The position numbers and the translations under genes were made by a program. Source: Eledone cirrhosa (taxonomy: Eukaryota). From it: a stretch of 64,000 bases of DNA. This document shows, piece after piece, positions 11,498-28,627 of this stretch. Position 1 is the first letter of the stretch. Each line of letters opens with the position of its first letter. The stretch lies in assembly GCA_964016885.1 (NCBI GenBank), contig OZ024741.1, forward strand, positions 70,680,001-70,744,000, written 5' to 3'. Below the pieces are notes generated by a model that made no database searches, was not told the origin of the DNA, and was given only the letters and a program-made list of their open reading frames with translations.

Positions 11498-12238
11498 TAT
11501 ACTTGGGGAGGGTCATATTTGCGTAATATTGCCAGAATTAGTAACATAGACAACATATAAATTAGAATAATATCTAAACATAGGAATGACCCAGCAGATA
11601 GGCAAATCAGAGAGGCCAGTGAAATAGAAATTAGAAGACCAAAGCTAAACAGAAAGAATGAGTGGAACAACAACAACACCCAAACAAACAACACTGACCT
11701 AAGAGAAGTATAAATAGGTAAATAAAATAAAATAAAATAAGATAAATAAATACATACACAAGCACAATAACAACAAGCACATAAACACACACTAGTCACC
11801 CAGCAGACACAACACTATACACACTAGTCACACAGCACACATAACACTATACACACACGCAAACGCATGCGCAAAGAAGACAAAATAAAATAAGATAAAC
11901 AAACAAGCAAATAAATAAATAAATATATAGACAGACTGAATAAAAAATGGCGTAGACATACAACACAACAGGAGGAACAAAGAATATAACACCACTGACG
12001 ATGTTGCAGATGTGCAACGAAAGATTTATGTAAATTATGTAAACTATATATATGTGTTTGTGTCTATATTGTATCTGTATTATTTTTGACCGTCGGTCAG
12101 TCAATGGCAACATTGAGGACCGAGTAAGTTAGATCGCAGATATAAAAGACAGCGAGAAACGAAAACCAACCAAACAGTGAGTGTGTTCTGTTATTAATTC
12201 TGGCAATATTACGCAAATATGACCCTCCCCAAGTATAA
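11498..12238 (+). mobile_element. Penelope-like element remnant (GIY-YIG C-terminus, hammerhead, inverted terminal duplication)
   Basis: About 43-bp perfect inverted repeat (11498-11541 / 12195-12238). Peptide IRIISKHRNDPADRQIREASEIEIRRPKLNRKNEW. Hammerhead CUGACGA-u-GUUGCA gaug UGCAAC-GAAA at about 11995-12022. Confidence 0.7.
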
Positions 12239-12704
12239 AAATATATATATGAAATATCGATGATCGTCGGCAAATCACTGATGAGGGACTCATTTTATTA
12301 CATGTTATCCATGTGCTACCTGCAGTATTTTTCTCTATATTTTATTATATATATATATATATATATAAAAGTCATCAAAATGGGAAAAAATCCTGGTAAA
12401 TGAAATAATTATGAATAAAAACACCAGGATTTTTTCCATTCTGATGACTGAAAGCAAATTTGTTTATTTCAAGAAACCATATATATATATATATATATAT
12501 TTTACACAAAGAGAACTGTGTTACACAGTGAGATGTGTGTAAAGAATTATTACATCTTTACACACATCTCACTGTGTAACACACTTCTCTTTATGTAATA
12601 TATATTTGCATTTGAGCTCAGAAGGAAATTCTCTATTCTTCTTTGAGTTAATACTATTATTATTATTACAGTGAACTACGGAATATTCTTAATTCCGATC
12701 TTTG

Positions 12705-12749
<45 letters not shown>

Positions 12750-12753
<4 letters not shown>

Positions 12754-14250
12754 TCATCATTATTATCATTTTACGCCCACTTTTGCCTGCTTGCAAGTGT
12801 GGGATGGTCCTTCGTCATCTCTGCTGTGAGCTTCAGCGATCTGAGGTCAGCTCTCACTACCTCTGCCCATGATTTTCGTGGTCTTCCTCTACTGTATCTT
12901 CCTTCCACTGGGATTTCTTGGCATTTCTTTACTCAGCAGTCATCCTCCATGTGCATCACATGTCCACACCAATGCAGTCTTCTCTCCCGCACACTACCGT
13001 TTATCCCTCTTATACACAGTTTCTCTCTCAACTCATCTATGCTTGGTCGTTCACTCACATTGACAATGCACATCCATCAGAGCATGCTTGCTTCATTTTT
13101 CTCTAGCCATCGCATATCCTCCAAAATTGCTGCCCATGTCTCACTACCATGCAGCATCGCGCATCTCACACAGGCATCATATAACTGGCCTTTCATTCAT
13201 AGGGAGAAACCCTTCTTTCTCAACAAAGGAAGCAGCTCCCTAAACTTCTTCCAACCCGTCCTTATTCTAGATACTATGGCCTCGGAGCATCCTCCTCCCT
13301 TGCTAATCTGATCACCTAGGTATCAGAAGCTATCAACAACCTCTATAGATCCTACCTGCATTTGAAAAATGCGTCTATCACTGCGACTTCTACTGTCAAA
13401 TTTCCCTGTACATCTACTGCATATGCAGTTTTTCTTACCTGTTAGTTTGCCTGCTATCTCACTACATCTTTTGTGTACCCAAAATCTGCATTGTGTACAT
13501 TCTATAGAATTTATGCCAGCTCGTTTTCTACATATCGAACATGGCCATTTCCCTGATGGAATCAGAGTTTTGTCCTCTTTTCTACTTATCAACACTTTAG
13601 TCTTAGCTAGATTCACTCTCAGTCCTCTTGATTTCAACTGCTGTTTCCATAGCCAGAATTTATTCTCTAGCTCCTCTACTGATTCTGCTATAAGTACAAG
13701 ATCATCAGCATAGAGACATTCCCATGGGCAGCCAGTCTTAAACTCCTCTGTTATGAGTGGGCTGAGGATGGAACCCTGATGTAAACCTACTTGTATCTGG
13801 AACTCCTCACTGAACTCCATTCCTACTCTCACTTTACTGACAGCACCCCTGTACATAGCTTGCACTGTCCTCACAAGCCATTCCTCAACACCTAGTTTCC
13901 TTAGGGACCACCAGATGACAGATCGGGTTACTCTATCAAAGGCCTTCTCTAGGACAACAAAAGCTAAGTGGCTTATTCTTCTCTAAGAACCTCTCTTGTA
14001 GTTGTCTCACTAAGAAGAGGGCATCTGTTGTGCTTTTCCAGGCACAAAACCAAACTGCATCTCATCTAATTTGACCATTTCTCTAATTAGTTGCGCTAGT
14101 ATTCTTTCTGTCATTTTCATAACCTGATCCATCAGTTTTATGTTCCTACAATTGCTCCTCTCCAGAGCATCTCCTTTACCTTTGTAGCAATTTATAAGAA
14201 TACTGTTACACCAGTCTTTTGGTATGACTCTGCCATATATAGCTTGATTG
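12750..14250 (-). mobile_element. Degraded RTE-clade LINE fragment
   Basis: Peptides IPKDWCNSILINCYKGKGDALERSN, QFGFVPGK, GLHQGSILSP, LYADDLVL and KWPCSICRK; frameshifted. Related to 6185-8375. Confidence 0.9.
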
Positions 14251-14322
14251 TATATACACATATACTTATATATTTAGATAGAGAGAGAGACTATATTTTC
14301 TTTTTTTGTTGCATTATTTTAG

Positions 14323-14450
14323 GATTTTCTTGCTTTAGAATTGCAAAATAACAAAGTTTCGATGAAATACAACCTTGGAGCTGGCACAACTGTTATTGAA
14401 AACCAACTTACTATTAAACCAAATACCTGGCACTATATTGAAGCCAATAG
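14323..14450 (+). CDS. LanA: Laminin alpha chain exon (LG1)
   Basis: Acceptor TTATTTTAG|, donor AG|GTGAGA, phase 0 to 2. Peptide DFLALELQNNKVSMKYNLGAGTTVIENQLTIKPNTWHYIEANR carries LG motifs. Not in the ORF track. Confidence 0.92.
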
Positions 14451-15089
14451 GTGAGAGAGTCTTTGTATATTATTTGATATAGATATCATTGTATTCTGCT
14501 ATGTAGGGCAGTGGAGTGGTAGCAATGGTAGATTACTTGACTGTATATCTTGCATCATCATCTTTTTATATGCCTTTTTTCATTCTGATGCAAGCGAAGG
14601 AAGATATGAAATCAGAGATCAGTGGATTTTAATAAGGCTCCCAAGGGCCAGGTGGTGGCATTAAACTGGGTGGTGGATTAAGTTTATCCCCATATATATG
14701 TATGTATATATATATATGTATATGGTTCAGTGAATGGTGGTGGTACCAAAATGAGCACTCAATGCACTGCAGAGTATATATATTAAGAAAATTCAATGAA
14801 GTTTCGTTTACATGTATTTATTTGTTTATTTTGTATCAATCTGTTACACTCATTTCACAGAGGATTGGTCATCATAAAAGTTATGGACCTGTCTCCTTTA
14901 CTGAATCTGATATATTGATTTGGAAGTGCTATGCATCAGTTTAAAATTGTCAAGGAATAAATAAATTGTTTTTGTTACTGTTATTGTTTTCTCTTAAGTT
15001 ATTATCTTCAGATTGTTTTCTAAGATATTGATGTAATCATCATCATTTTATGGTGGTATGGGTTTGACGAGTCATTATAGATAATCATT

Positions 15090-15425
15090 CATCATCATTC
15101 AGCCCCATTGCTCTCTGTGGAGCATAGGCCATTTACAACTCTCCGCCATCATACATTATCCTGGGCTGCTGTTGCCATTCTACTTCATGGCTATAGTTTT
15201 CCTAATTCAGCCTCAGTTTCATGGCTCCAGCTGCCACTGGTTCCTGTCCCACTCGCTCCCACAGATCTGCGTTTCTGATCTTCTCTAGCCATTTGATATT
15301 CTAGACACCTCAGACAGGTGTTGAAGAATCTTCTGCTGCATCTTTTTTGCTGTCCTTCAAGTTTCACATCTATACAGCAGTACTGCCTTCATTGTAAAGT
15401 TGAAGATTGAAAGTTTAGTTCTTAT
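15090..15425 (-). mobile_element. Old RTE-type LINE 3' fragment
   Basis: Minus strand encodes a KLSIFNFTMKAVLLY-like RTE C-terminal motif and ends in (GAT)n. Confidence 0.55.
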
Positions 15426-15828
15426 AAATAAAGTCAATATTAAATCTGAATTACTCTCCTTTTAGATATCTTGGTTGACCATATCTCATTCAATACATTT
15501 CATTTTGACAAGGTTTCTGCAGCTGGATATCTTTCCTAATTCCAACCCAAACCCTTACTTTGACTGATAAGTCCTCTCTACTCTTATTTAGTATGATTTC
15601 TACAGCTGGATGCCCTTCATAATGTCAACCACTTTACAGAATGAACAGTGCATTTTATTGAGACACTAGCATTAATGGGGTCTTTGCTATGACTAAAGAG
15701 TCCTCTCTACCTTTATTTGTCATGTGTTCTAAGGCTGGATGCCCTTCGTAAGGAACACCAATTTGTAATTTTCCTTTTCTTTTTTTTTGTTTATTTATTT
15801 ATATATTTATTTATTTACATACATATAG

Positions 15829-15979
15829 GATTGGTTCTTTTGTGGAACTTCTTGTTTCCAATGTAAATGAAACAGGAAATGTAACCGGCAAGTCAAACAG
15901 TGCCTACTCTTTGCTGGAACTTAATCCTGAAACTACATATTTTTATGTTGGAGGTTTCCCTAAAACTATGAATAATAAG
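15829..15979 (+). CDS. LanA: Laminin alpha chain exon (LG1)
   Basis: Acceptor ACATATAG|G, donor AAG|GTATGG, phase 2 to 0. Peptide IGSFVELLVS...YSLLELNPETTYFYVGGFP. Confidence 0.92.
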
Positions 15980-16296
15980 GTATGGCCACTTCTCTTGAAG
16001 GTTTTATCTCTAAAAATCAGAAATAATAAATAAGATAACAAATTCAAACCTTAAATTCATTACTATATATGGCAAGTCATTAGAACATCAGATTGAATAG
16101 TTATTGTGGATCTCTATGCTTTGAGTTCAAATCTCATTGAGGTCAACATTATAGTAAAATAAATAACTTTGCACATGGAACATAACTAAATGAAAGCTTC
16201 TTGAATAGAATTATATTTGAAAGATTTAATTTGACTAAAGTAAAATTTTGTATTATAAAACCAAAAGAAATCCCAGGATGCTTGGTATTGAAAGAG

Positions 16297-16631
16297 TTAC
16301 TCATTACTCTTTTCTGGTTTCAGTCATTAGACTGTGGCCATGTTGAGGCACAGCCTTGAAGGGTTTAGTCATATTTTTAAGCCTGGTACTTATTTCAGCA
16401 ATCTCTATTTGTCAAACTACTAAGTTACAGAACATAGACAAACAACACAAAAATGGACAGACAGACAGACACACACATATATATATAATATGGGCTTCTG
16501 CACAGTTTATGTTTCCCAAATTTCACTCACAATTTGAAGCTATAGTAGAAAACATTTGTCCAAGGTGCTCACACTGAGACTGAACCATGTGGCTGCAAAG
16601 CAAACTCTTTAAGTGCACAGCTATGCCTGTG
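16297..16631 (-). mobile_element. SINE with a tail homologous to the CR1-group LINE at 29230-33508
   Basis: Reverse complement GGCTGTGCCTCAACATGGCCACAGTC...GACTGAAACCAGAAAAGAGTAA resembles the LINE end GGCGGTGCCCCAGCATGGCCTCAGCC...GGCTGAAACAGGTAAAAGAGTAA. Confidence 0.7.
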
Positions 16632-16722
16632 TCTAAATATAAATTTAATTAGCATTGGTACAGTCTAATGATTGAAACCAGTTAAAGAAAAAATTATAAT
16701 TTTTTTTTTTTTCCAATTATAG

Positions 16723-16847
16723 ATCCCCATGGATATTACCCGAGCTAGATATCATGGAGCAATAGAAGGTTTCGCTTTCAATGATTACATCCTGGGACTG
16801 TGGAATTTCATATATGGGAAAAATAATTTTGCCGGATTCCGGAACAG
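16723..16847 (+). CDS. LanA: Laminin alpha chain exon (LG1 end)
   Basis: Long polypyrimidine tract then TATAG|, donor AG|GTATTT, phase 0 to 2. Peptide IPMDITRARYHGAIEGFAFNDYILGLWNFIYGKNNFAGFRNR contains the GLWNF motif. Confidence 0.92.
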
Positions 16848-17844
16848 GTATTTTATAATTATTGTGAATTCACTGCTTTCAACATTTTCTTGAACAGATG
16901 GCAAATTGGCAAAGTTGTTAGAACACCAAATTAAATGCCTTGATATTTATTCTGGCTTTCTCTGTTCCAAGTTCAAATCTCACCAAAGTCAACTTTGTCT
17001 TTCAAAATTTCAGGGTCTATAAATAAAGCACCAGTGCAAGGGTTGGTGTTTGGTGGAATTGTTAAGAGCCAGGCTCAGAGTCAGGATGTTTTATGGTACC
17101 TGATCTGGCTCTATGCATTCTGAATTTAAATGTGACTTCCGTCTGCCACCCAGTGTGACTCACAGATAATATCAGCAATGGAAAGACGAATGGAAATTTA
17201 GTTTTATTGGCCTAATCTGTTTATCAGCTTCTTTCCTTTTTGTCAGTATTTAGAACAAAGAGACAGCAAAAGGCAAAATCTCCCTATTTCCAAGTTGCAA
17301 ACTCCTCACCAGGAATGTAACTTACAGTAATACCTTCTTCAATGGTAGCCTGGGGAAATTGGCCTCAGACCCAGTCTTCATTACCCGACAAGTTGAGGAT
17401 TCCATGGATTCCATGCTGATAAACATCTGGTATTCTGGACTCCTGAATCACTTCCCTAATCTCATCAATCTGGATGGAGATGGCTATCTGCAAAACAAGC
17501 TGCATGAAGTAGACAAGCTTTTTCAGTACATCTCTCTCACCATCCTTCAGGGTAACACATTTGCTATTGCATTTGCTGGAACCATAAAACATGTGTATGG
17601 CATGTTGGGATCATGAAATTGATAATTGTAGCAATGAATGCAATAGGCTTTAAGTATGGTATTATTTAAATTTGTGGTTAAAATCTAACAACAATGTTCC
17701 TTGTATAAAATTACAAAATTAATATATTTTTTACTGTGTTATGTCCTAAAACAGGCACTTAACCCCATTTACTAACAATTAAGAAATTTCATGTTTTTGT
17801 AATTAATGTCTTTATACATTTCTTTACATTTTGAATTCCTGCAG

Positions 17845-18182
17845 AGCTGGGACAGCATCTACTGTGAACGATGGTTATCGCTTCCATGCCACGAGTTATG
17901 CCAAATTGAAAGTTCAAGATTCATTTCAAGCTAAATTTACAATATCAATGTCATTCAAAACCTCTAAACCCAATGGATTATTAATGTTGATGTACCATGA
18001 CAATGACAAAGATTTTGCTTCTCTTCACCTTCAGGATGGTTATTTAGTATTCCAATTTGAATTAGGAAGTGGGCGTCTCATTCTTCAGACAAAAGAGACT
18101 TATAATGATGGAAAATGGCATAAAGTGGAGGTCAAAAGGAAGGATGCTAAAGGCATACTGATGACTGATGATGAAAAAGAAA
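17845..18182 (+). CDS. LanA: Laminin alpha chain exon (LG2)
   Basis: Acceptor TTCCTGCAG|, donor A|GTAATT, phase 2 to 1. Peptide GYRFHATSYA...ISMSFKTSKPNGLLMLM...DFASLHLQDGYLVFQFELGSG...YNDGKWHKVEVKR. Confidence 0.93.
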
Positions 18183-19339
18183 GTAATTCAGATATTTATT
18201 TCTCTTTCTCTGTGAAGTGAAGTTCTCAGTGTAATTTTGTACTTTTGTTGGTAATACTCAACTTTTAGCTATGTAAGATCATAGACATATAATCCTTTTA
18301 ATACCAACCCAAAACTGGCTCTGTTTCTATGAAACCAGCCATGTATTTTAGAGGGCTCCTATTTAAATTTATATCTTCCAATATAATTTTATATGTGAAC
18401 CTTTTATTACATTACATTACAAATGCAATCTTAATAATGAAATAATTAATAATTTAAGTAAATTCCTGATCTGTCTGTCTATCTGTTTTGTTCGTTTATC
18501 ATGCTCACATCATATAGCAGAAATTTTGTCAGTATGAGAGCTGATGAGGCAGATGAGTGTGTGTGAACTTGTCTAGTCTAGCCTTCTTTTATTTCTATGT
18601 ACACGTATAAACAGACAATTGTACATATTTGACAAGGAGAATATATAACGTTCGTTAATGCATATGAGCGAAGAAGAGCCTAGAGTAAAGTTTAGGTTTC
18701 TTTTCTACATTAACAGGTGAAGTTTAAACTGCATTTCAAAATAATTCACACACAAAGAGGTCCTTTTTTAAAGGTAGTGGTATGCTCGACTGGTTAAGAT
18801 GATGATAATAATGTTGTTGTCATGTTGATTATAAGAATATTCAAAATACAATAAATTAGGGTCGATAGTGTAAAAATACAAACACATGTACACCAGATCT
18901 GAACACAGAGGAGCTGAACTCCCACTGTCATTGGCTCCATCTCTGTGACCCTCCCTATCACTATTATGAACAAATGGGCTCCCACGCGTTGGCGAACCCA
19001 CGGCCCCAGCAGACAAAATAGAGTATTTCTTCTTGTTACTTCTACATGCCAACACATTTCTCCTTATTCCCTTCCTCTCTCAATCATTTCTATATTTCAT
19101 CTGCTTGTCACCCACCTCACAGATTTTCTCTTTCTCAACATCTAAGCACTGATTTCTGTTCTCTAAGGTATATTTACCTGATGCTGTGTTTGACTGCATT
19201 TGGCTGTTTTAGCAGCTATTCATGTGTTGAGTTCTCTAATTTTTCTATGAATTCAAATACACTCAGTTTCATCTTGAACCAAGACAACAATGTTTATTTA
19301 TTTACCTTCAAATTGAGTGTATTTCATTAGAAATATAGT

Positions 19340-19695
19340 AATGATTGAGTTAAGAATCATTACATTACTGAATGTGGAACAGTAGAAAAGACAGGAAAGA
19401 ATAGAAATGTGAATGGTTCACTGGATAATGGATTGTTACTTAGAGTACAAAACAAATAAGGAATAGAGCCACTAATGAATCTTGTGAAGAGAAATAGAAT
19501 AAAATAGTTGAGTTATGTATTGAGGAAGGATGGAAGTGATTGGTGAAAGGAGTGTTGAAAATGAATGCAGAGGACATAGAGGAAGAAGGCTAAGAAAGAC
19601 ATGGAAAAAATGATAGAGAAAATATAAGCCGGTGTTGGTAAGTGGAGATGCAGAGGATAGGGCAAAATGGAAAAGTTTGTCATAGAGCCTGCAAG
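19340..19695 (+). mobile_element. Old RTE LINE 3' fragment
   Basis: Degenerate RNRIK.LSYVLRKDGSDW and RGRRLRKTW motifs of the RTE C-terminus. Confidence 0.5.
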
Positions 19696-19958
19696 GTTAA
19701 CTCCTACTTTAGCGGCGAATTAACCTTAAAGCATTTGTTATTGTATATCAGTGCCAAAATATAACAATACATACACAACGGGTTTCCACACAGTTTCATT
19801 AACTAAATTTCACCCATAATTTGAGGCTATGTTAGAAGACACTTGCCTAAGGGGTCGTGCCATGGAAATGAACCCAAAATCATCTTGTTACAAAGTGAGT
19901 TTGTTAAACACAGAGCCATTCCTGTGCCTATTCAATTTTATTAAAATTTCTTTTTCAG

Positions 19959-20043
19959 AATTAGAGAATAATTCTCCTGGTTTTATGAAGAAGCTCTCAG
20001 TGAACCATTTTTTCATTGGTGGATATATAGTGTTACCTCCTAA
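19959..20043 (+). CDS. LanA: Laminin alpha chain exon (LG2)
   Basis: Acceptor TTTCTTTTTCAG|, donor AA|GTAAGG, phase 1 to 2. Peptide LENNSPGFMKKLSVNHFFIGGYIVLPP. Confidence 0.85.
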
Positions 20044-20796
20044 GTAAGGAAAAAAATTATAATTTCTTATCTGCACTACATCTGCATGGCCTTTCTCAAA
20101 TATTCAATGTTTTTTTATGTTCATCTGATTTCTTGTTCCTGTTTTCCCTGTTTGAATCATAAATTACCATCATCATCATCCTTAACATTATCATAAACAT
20201 CATTGTCATAATCTTGCTTAATGTTGTAGTCATCATTATTGTCCTTAACATCATTGACATCGTTATAATTATCCTTGTTCTCCAGCTCATTATCTTTCTT
20301 ATCATCATCAACATTATCACAGTTATCATCATCATCATTGCTTTAATGCTCAATCTTTGGTGCTAGAAATATTTTTGGCATACCTATAATATAGTATGTA
20401 ACTTCTCATTCATCAGCTTGTATCATTTTCTCTGTCTATGAGAACTGAAGTCTGCACGCTTGACCAAACTACATTATCACAGAAACAAGAACAAAAAGAA
20501 TAATGAAGAGTGACCTCTGTAGTTAGGTGGTGGTGTTAAAATTGGCAACAGAACACATCCACCAAACAAACATGTGAAGTTACAACAAACATTCTGTTAA
20601 GAAAACAGAGAGAAAGTGTGCTTAACACTTGATGGAGTAGTAGAGATGCTAAGCTGACCACTTTAATATGGGGTGGATATCATTTCACTCCAGGTCAGAA
20701 CATAGATGATTCTTTTGTAGAAAGAGAGAGAGAGCGATAGTGTGTGTGTGTATGTGTGGGTGTGTGTGATTGAGACATTGAAGGAATCTCCCCCAG

Positions 20797-21435
<639 letters not shown>

Positions 21436-21734
21436 GCCGCGCCATCGAGGCCGAAACAAATGAGATCGTGTAGGTGTCACGACAAAAAAACACACAGTCC
21501 ACGCTGTAATGTAGCCGTGTAGGCAACACGGTAAAAACCTCCCAGACCCACACTGTAAATGTGGTTGGTGTTAGGAAGGGCATCCAACTGTAGAAAACCT
21601 GCCAGACAGTCCTATGCGAGCAAGACAATCACTCTTGCCTCAAGTGGGACTACCCCCGTCCAAACCCATGCAAGCGTGGAACACGGACGTTAAACGTTGA
21701 TGATGATGATGATGATGATATATATATATTATAT

Positions 21735-21794
<60 letters not shown>

Positions 21795-21799
21795 AATAT

Positions 21800-21872
<73 letters not shown>

Positions 21873-22848
21873 TATATATAATATATATATATTTATATAT
21901 ATGTAGAAAACCTGCCAGACAGTCCTATGCGAGCGGGATATCACTCTTGCCTCAAGTGGGAAAACCCCCGTCCAAACCCAAGCAAGCGTGGAACACGGAC
22001 GTTGATGATGATGATGATATAATATATATAATATATATAGTAATATACGTGAACGGCAAAGCATAAACGAACTAAGGAAAAAATTAGAAATAAGAGGGAT
22101 CAGATGTTGTTTACTCGAGAGAAGGCTACGTTGGTATGGTCACGTGATGCGCATGAAAGACGATAGCTGTATAACAAAGTGCAGGGCAATAAAGATAGAC
22201 GGTAGCCACGGAATAGGCAGACCCAGAAAAACCTGGGACGAGCTGATAAATTCCGACCTCACACACTTACACCTCTCCAAGACAATGTCACTGGACCGAG
22301 ACCTTTGGCGGTACTCAGTAATAGAGAAGACCCGCCTTACCTAAATACAAAGTAAAACCTACAACAGTCAGTAGGCATCTCTAACAAAATACACCCCCGT
22401 CCCACCATCCCCACCCCATCCACACCGCCCCTTTCAATGTAAAGTTATGTTGGTGCCACAACATCCAGGCCGAAACAAATGAGATCGTGTAGGTGTCACG
22501 ACAAAAAACACACAGTCCACGCTGTAATGTGGCCATGTAGGCAACACGGTAAAAACCTCCCAGCCCCACACTGTAAATGTGGTTGGTGTTAGGAAGGGCA
22601 TCCAGCTGTAGAAAACCCGCCAGACAGTCCACGCTGTAATGTGGCCATGTAGGCAACACGGTAAAAACCTCCCAGCCCCACACTGTAAATGTGGTTGGTG
22701 TTAGGAAGGGCATCCAGCTATAGAAAACCCGCCAGACAGTCCTATGCGAGCAAGACAATCACTCTTGCCTCAAGTGGGAAAACCCCCGTCCAAACCCATG
22801 CAAGCGGGGAACACGGACGTTAAACGTTGATGATGATGATGATGATGA
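21436..22848 (+). mobile_element. Cluster of three 5'-truncated RTE LINE 3' ends (21436-21720, 21903-22017, 22040-22848) separated by (TA)n
   Basis: Near-identical to the reverse complement of 6185-6890 (MRMKDDSCITKCRAIKIDGSHGIGRPRKTW...KTRLT*). The last copy has a roughly 115-bp internal tandem duplication in its 3' UTR. Confidence 0.92.
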
Positions 22849-23829
22849 TTATATATATATATATATTATATATATATAAGAACAAAAGATGGTTAAAGGA
22901 GTTCCATGTATTTTATTATGCGCATTTCAAAAACAAACATCATCATGCAATAATATTTGTGTTTTCATCAGATAAAACAGGAGGATATGATATGAAGGCT
23001 AAAAAACACTTGTGGATAGTGCAGTTTTAAATCAACATATGAGAAGTAGTTTTAGATTGATGTGATATTGGGAAAAATATTTTATTTAGAGGGGGGTGGG
23101 TGGAAAGGATGAAAAAAAGAGGAGGAGATGAGAATGAAGGTGAGATGAGAGGGAGGAATATAATGAGGAAGGATGAGATAGGAGGAGAGATGGGTGATAG
23201 AGAGAGAGAGAGATAGTTTTTATAACTGAGAAAGATATATTGTTTTACATAGAGAGGTTGAAAACCGTTGGAAGGTAATGTATAAATTAAAAGAATTTGA
23301 AAATTAACGAAGGGAAAAATATGTGCGACGAAGGAGAGGGAGTTAATATGTATTTAGAATAATGAGTTTGATGATAGAGAGACTAGAATAATGAATTGCG
23401 GATGAATATTCTAACGTCAAAAAAAAGTGTGTATGTTTACAAGTATTATGGAAATTTGAAAATTAACGAAGAGAAAAAAAAATTAAGGTTTGTGTATTGA
23501 AGGATTTGAGAAAAATAATGTGAAGTTAAGGTTTGTATATTGAAGGAATTGATAATATGTGCGAAGAAAGAGTTAATATGTATTGAGAATGAGTTAGATG
23601 ATAGGGAGAAAAAAATAATGAATTAAGGATGAATAATCTGGCGTCAAAACAAATGTATATGTTACGAAGGATTTTACAAGGTGAAAATAGAGTAAGGGTA
23701 ATGAGTAAACAAGTATTATAGAGTGTATAATACCCTTTGAAATAAGGTAGGAAGATAGGTATATTTTAAAAGAGGTGTATGTATATGTGCCTTTGAGAAA
23801 AAGATTCTAAATTGATAAAGAATTGAATA

Positions 23830-24209
23830 TTAGCTGTATACTTTGTGAAATGTTTTATGGAATTTATGCAAGCAGATAGAAAACAAGTCAGTTCGTCTAT
23901 TTATTATAGAATCTAGATTAGAGATAATGGTAAATTTTTCATTTAGGCAGAGATTGCAGATTTTAGATAGAGAGCTGTTCAAGTATGAAGACACAGAAGA
24001 AACCTTCTTCCAAAAGATGGTATATTTAATGTTTTTGTCTTTCAAGGACCATATGAGTTCTGAGAGAGCCGTGTTGGTTCTTTTAAGTTTGTATTTAAAA
24101 GATGAATGATGATTATAGAGACGAGCTTTAAAAGAGGTGGAAGTGGAGCCAAAATAGGTGAAGGAATTGATGTTAGTTATAACTTTACATTCATAAATAA
24201 AGTTTTTAT
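23830..24209 (-). mobile_element. Penelope-like element, C-terminal GIY-YIG endonuclease fragment
   Basis: Minus strand IYECKV...TYFGSTSTSFKARLYNHHSSF...TALSELIWSLKDKNIKYTIFWK...CNLCLNEK...INRRTDLFSICLHK, cut off by the N gap. Confidence 0.8.
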
Positions 24210-24409
24210 NNNNNNNNNNNNNNNNNNNNNNNNNNNNNNNNNNNNNNNNNNNNNNNNNNNNNNNNNNNNNNNNNNNNNNNNNNNNNNNNNNNNNNNNNNN
24301 NNNNNNNNNNNNNNNNNNNNNNNNNNNNNNNNNNNNNNNNNNNNNNNNNNNNNNNNNNNNNNNNNNNNNNNNNNNNNNNNNNNNNNNNNNNNNNNNNNNN
24401 NNNNNNNNN
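24210..24409. other. Assembly gap (200 N)
   Basis: Run of n. Confidence 1.
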
Positions 24410-27820
<3,411 letters not shown>

Positions 27821-28399
27821 ACTCCAGTCCGCTGGCGTCTAGAAGTCTTATATTTTTATGTGAGCTGATAGAGGACAGTTTAAGGATTTACAGAAACCCA
27901 AGAAGCTAGATTTACTATCTCTCTAGCGGGTCCGGGTATGCTTTTTACATTCATTTGATTTATTGATTTATTGATAATTTATCTGAGTGTCCCGAATCTT
28001 CCATATCGCAATTTTTCAGCCGTATGGTTGATTGTAGACATATTCTACGTGTGACGGTATTTTAACGATAGTTATAGCTCTGATTTATCTGAATTATGGA
28101 GCCCTCTGCCGCTCATCTCGAATTTTGTTTATCGTGAACTCGTGCGCCGATTTTTCGATACTCGAATTTTCTACTCTATTATATTATATATATATTATAT
28201 TATATATATATATTATATTATATATATATATATTATATTACATATATATATATTATATATATATTATATTATATATATATATATTATATTATATATTTTT
28301 TTTTCTAGTCGATCGACTTTCGTCAAATCGGACCGAGGAAACTATGTTTCCGTTGGTCTTTCCAATTGCTAATACTATCTATCGGTCGCAACTCCAGGT

Positions 28400-28523
28400 A
28401 GAAGGAGCAACGTGAAATAAAGTGTCTTGCTCAAGGACATAACGCATCGCCTGGTTCAGGAATCGAACTCACAACCTCACGATTGTGAATCCAATACTCT
28501 AACCACTCAGCCACACGCCTTCA
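28400..28523 (-). mobile_element. tRNA-SINE head
   Basis: Reverse complement GAAGGCGTGTGGCTGAGTGGTTAGAG...GAGTTCGATTCCTGAACC...CCTTGAGCAAGACACTTTATTTCACGTTGCTCC. Confidence 0.8.
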
Positions 28524-28584
28524 CTTATTATATATATTATATATATATATATATATTATATTATATATATATTATATATATATA

Positions 28585-28627
<43 letters not shown>

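Noticed and set aside
16723-16847. LG1 lacks the usual C-terminal cysteine pair
   Set aside because: As far as I recall, invertebrate LanA-type LG1 has the same cysteine-free GLWNF region, so it is probably not unusual.
17359-17616. GC-richer intronic segment with overlapping short ORFs on both strands
   Set aside because: No recognisable domain, and the flanking laminin exons already join in phase. Probably an unclassified repeat.
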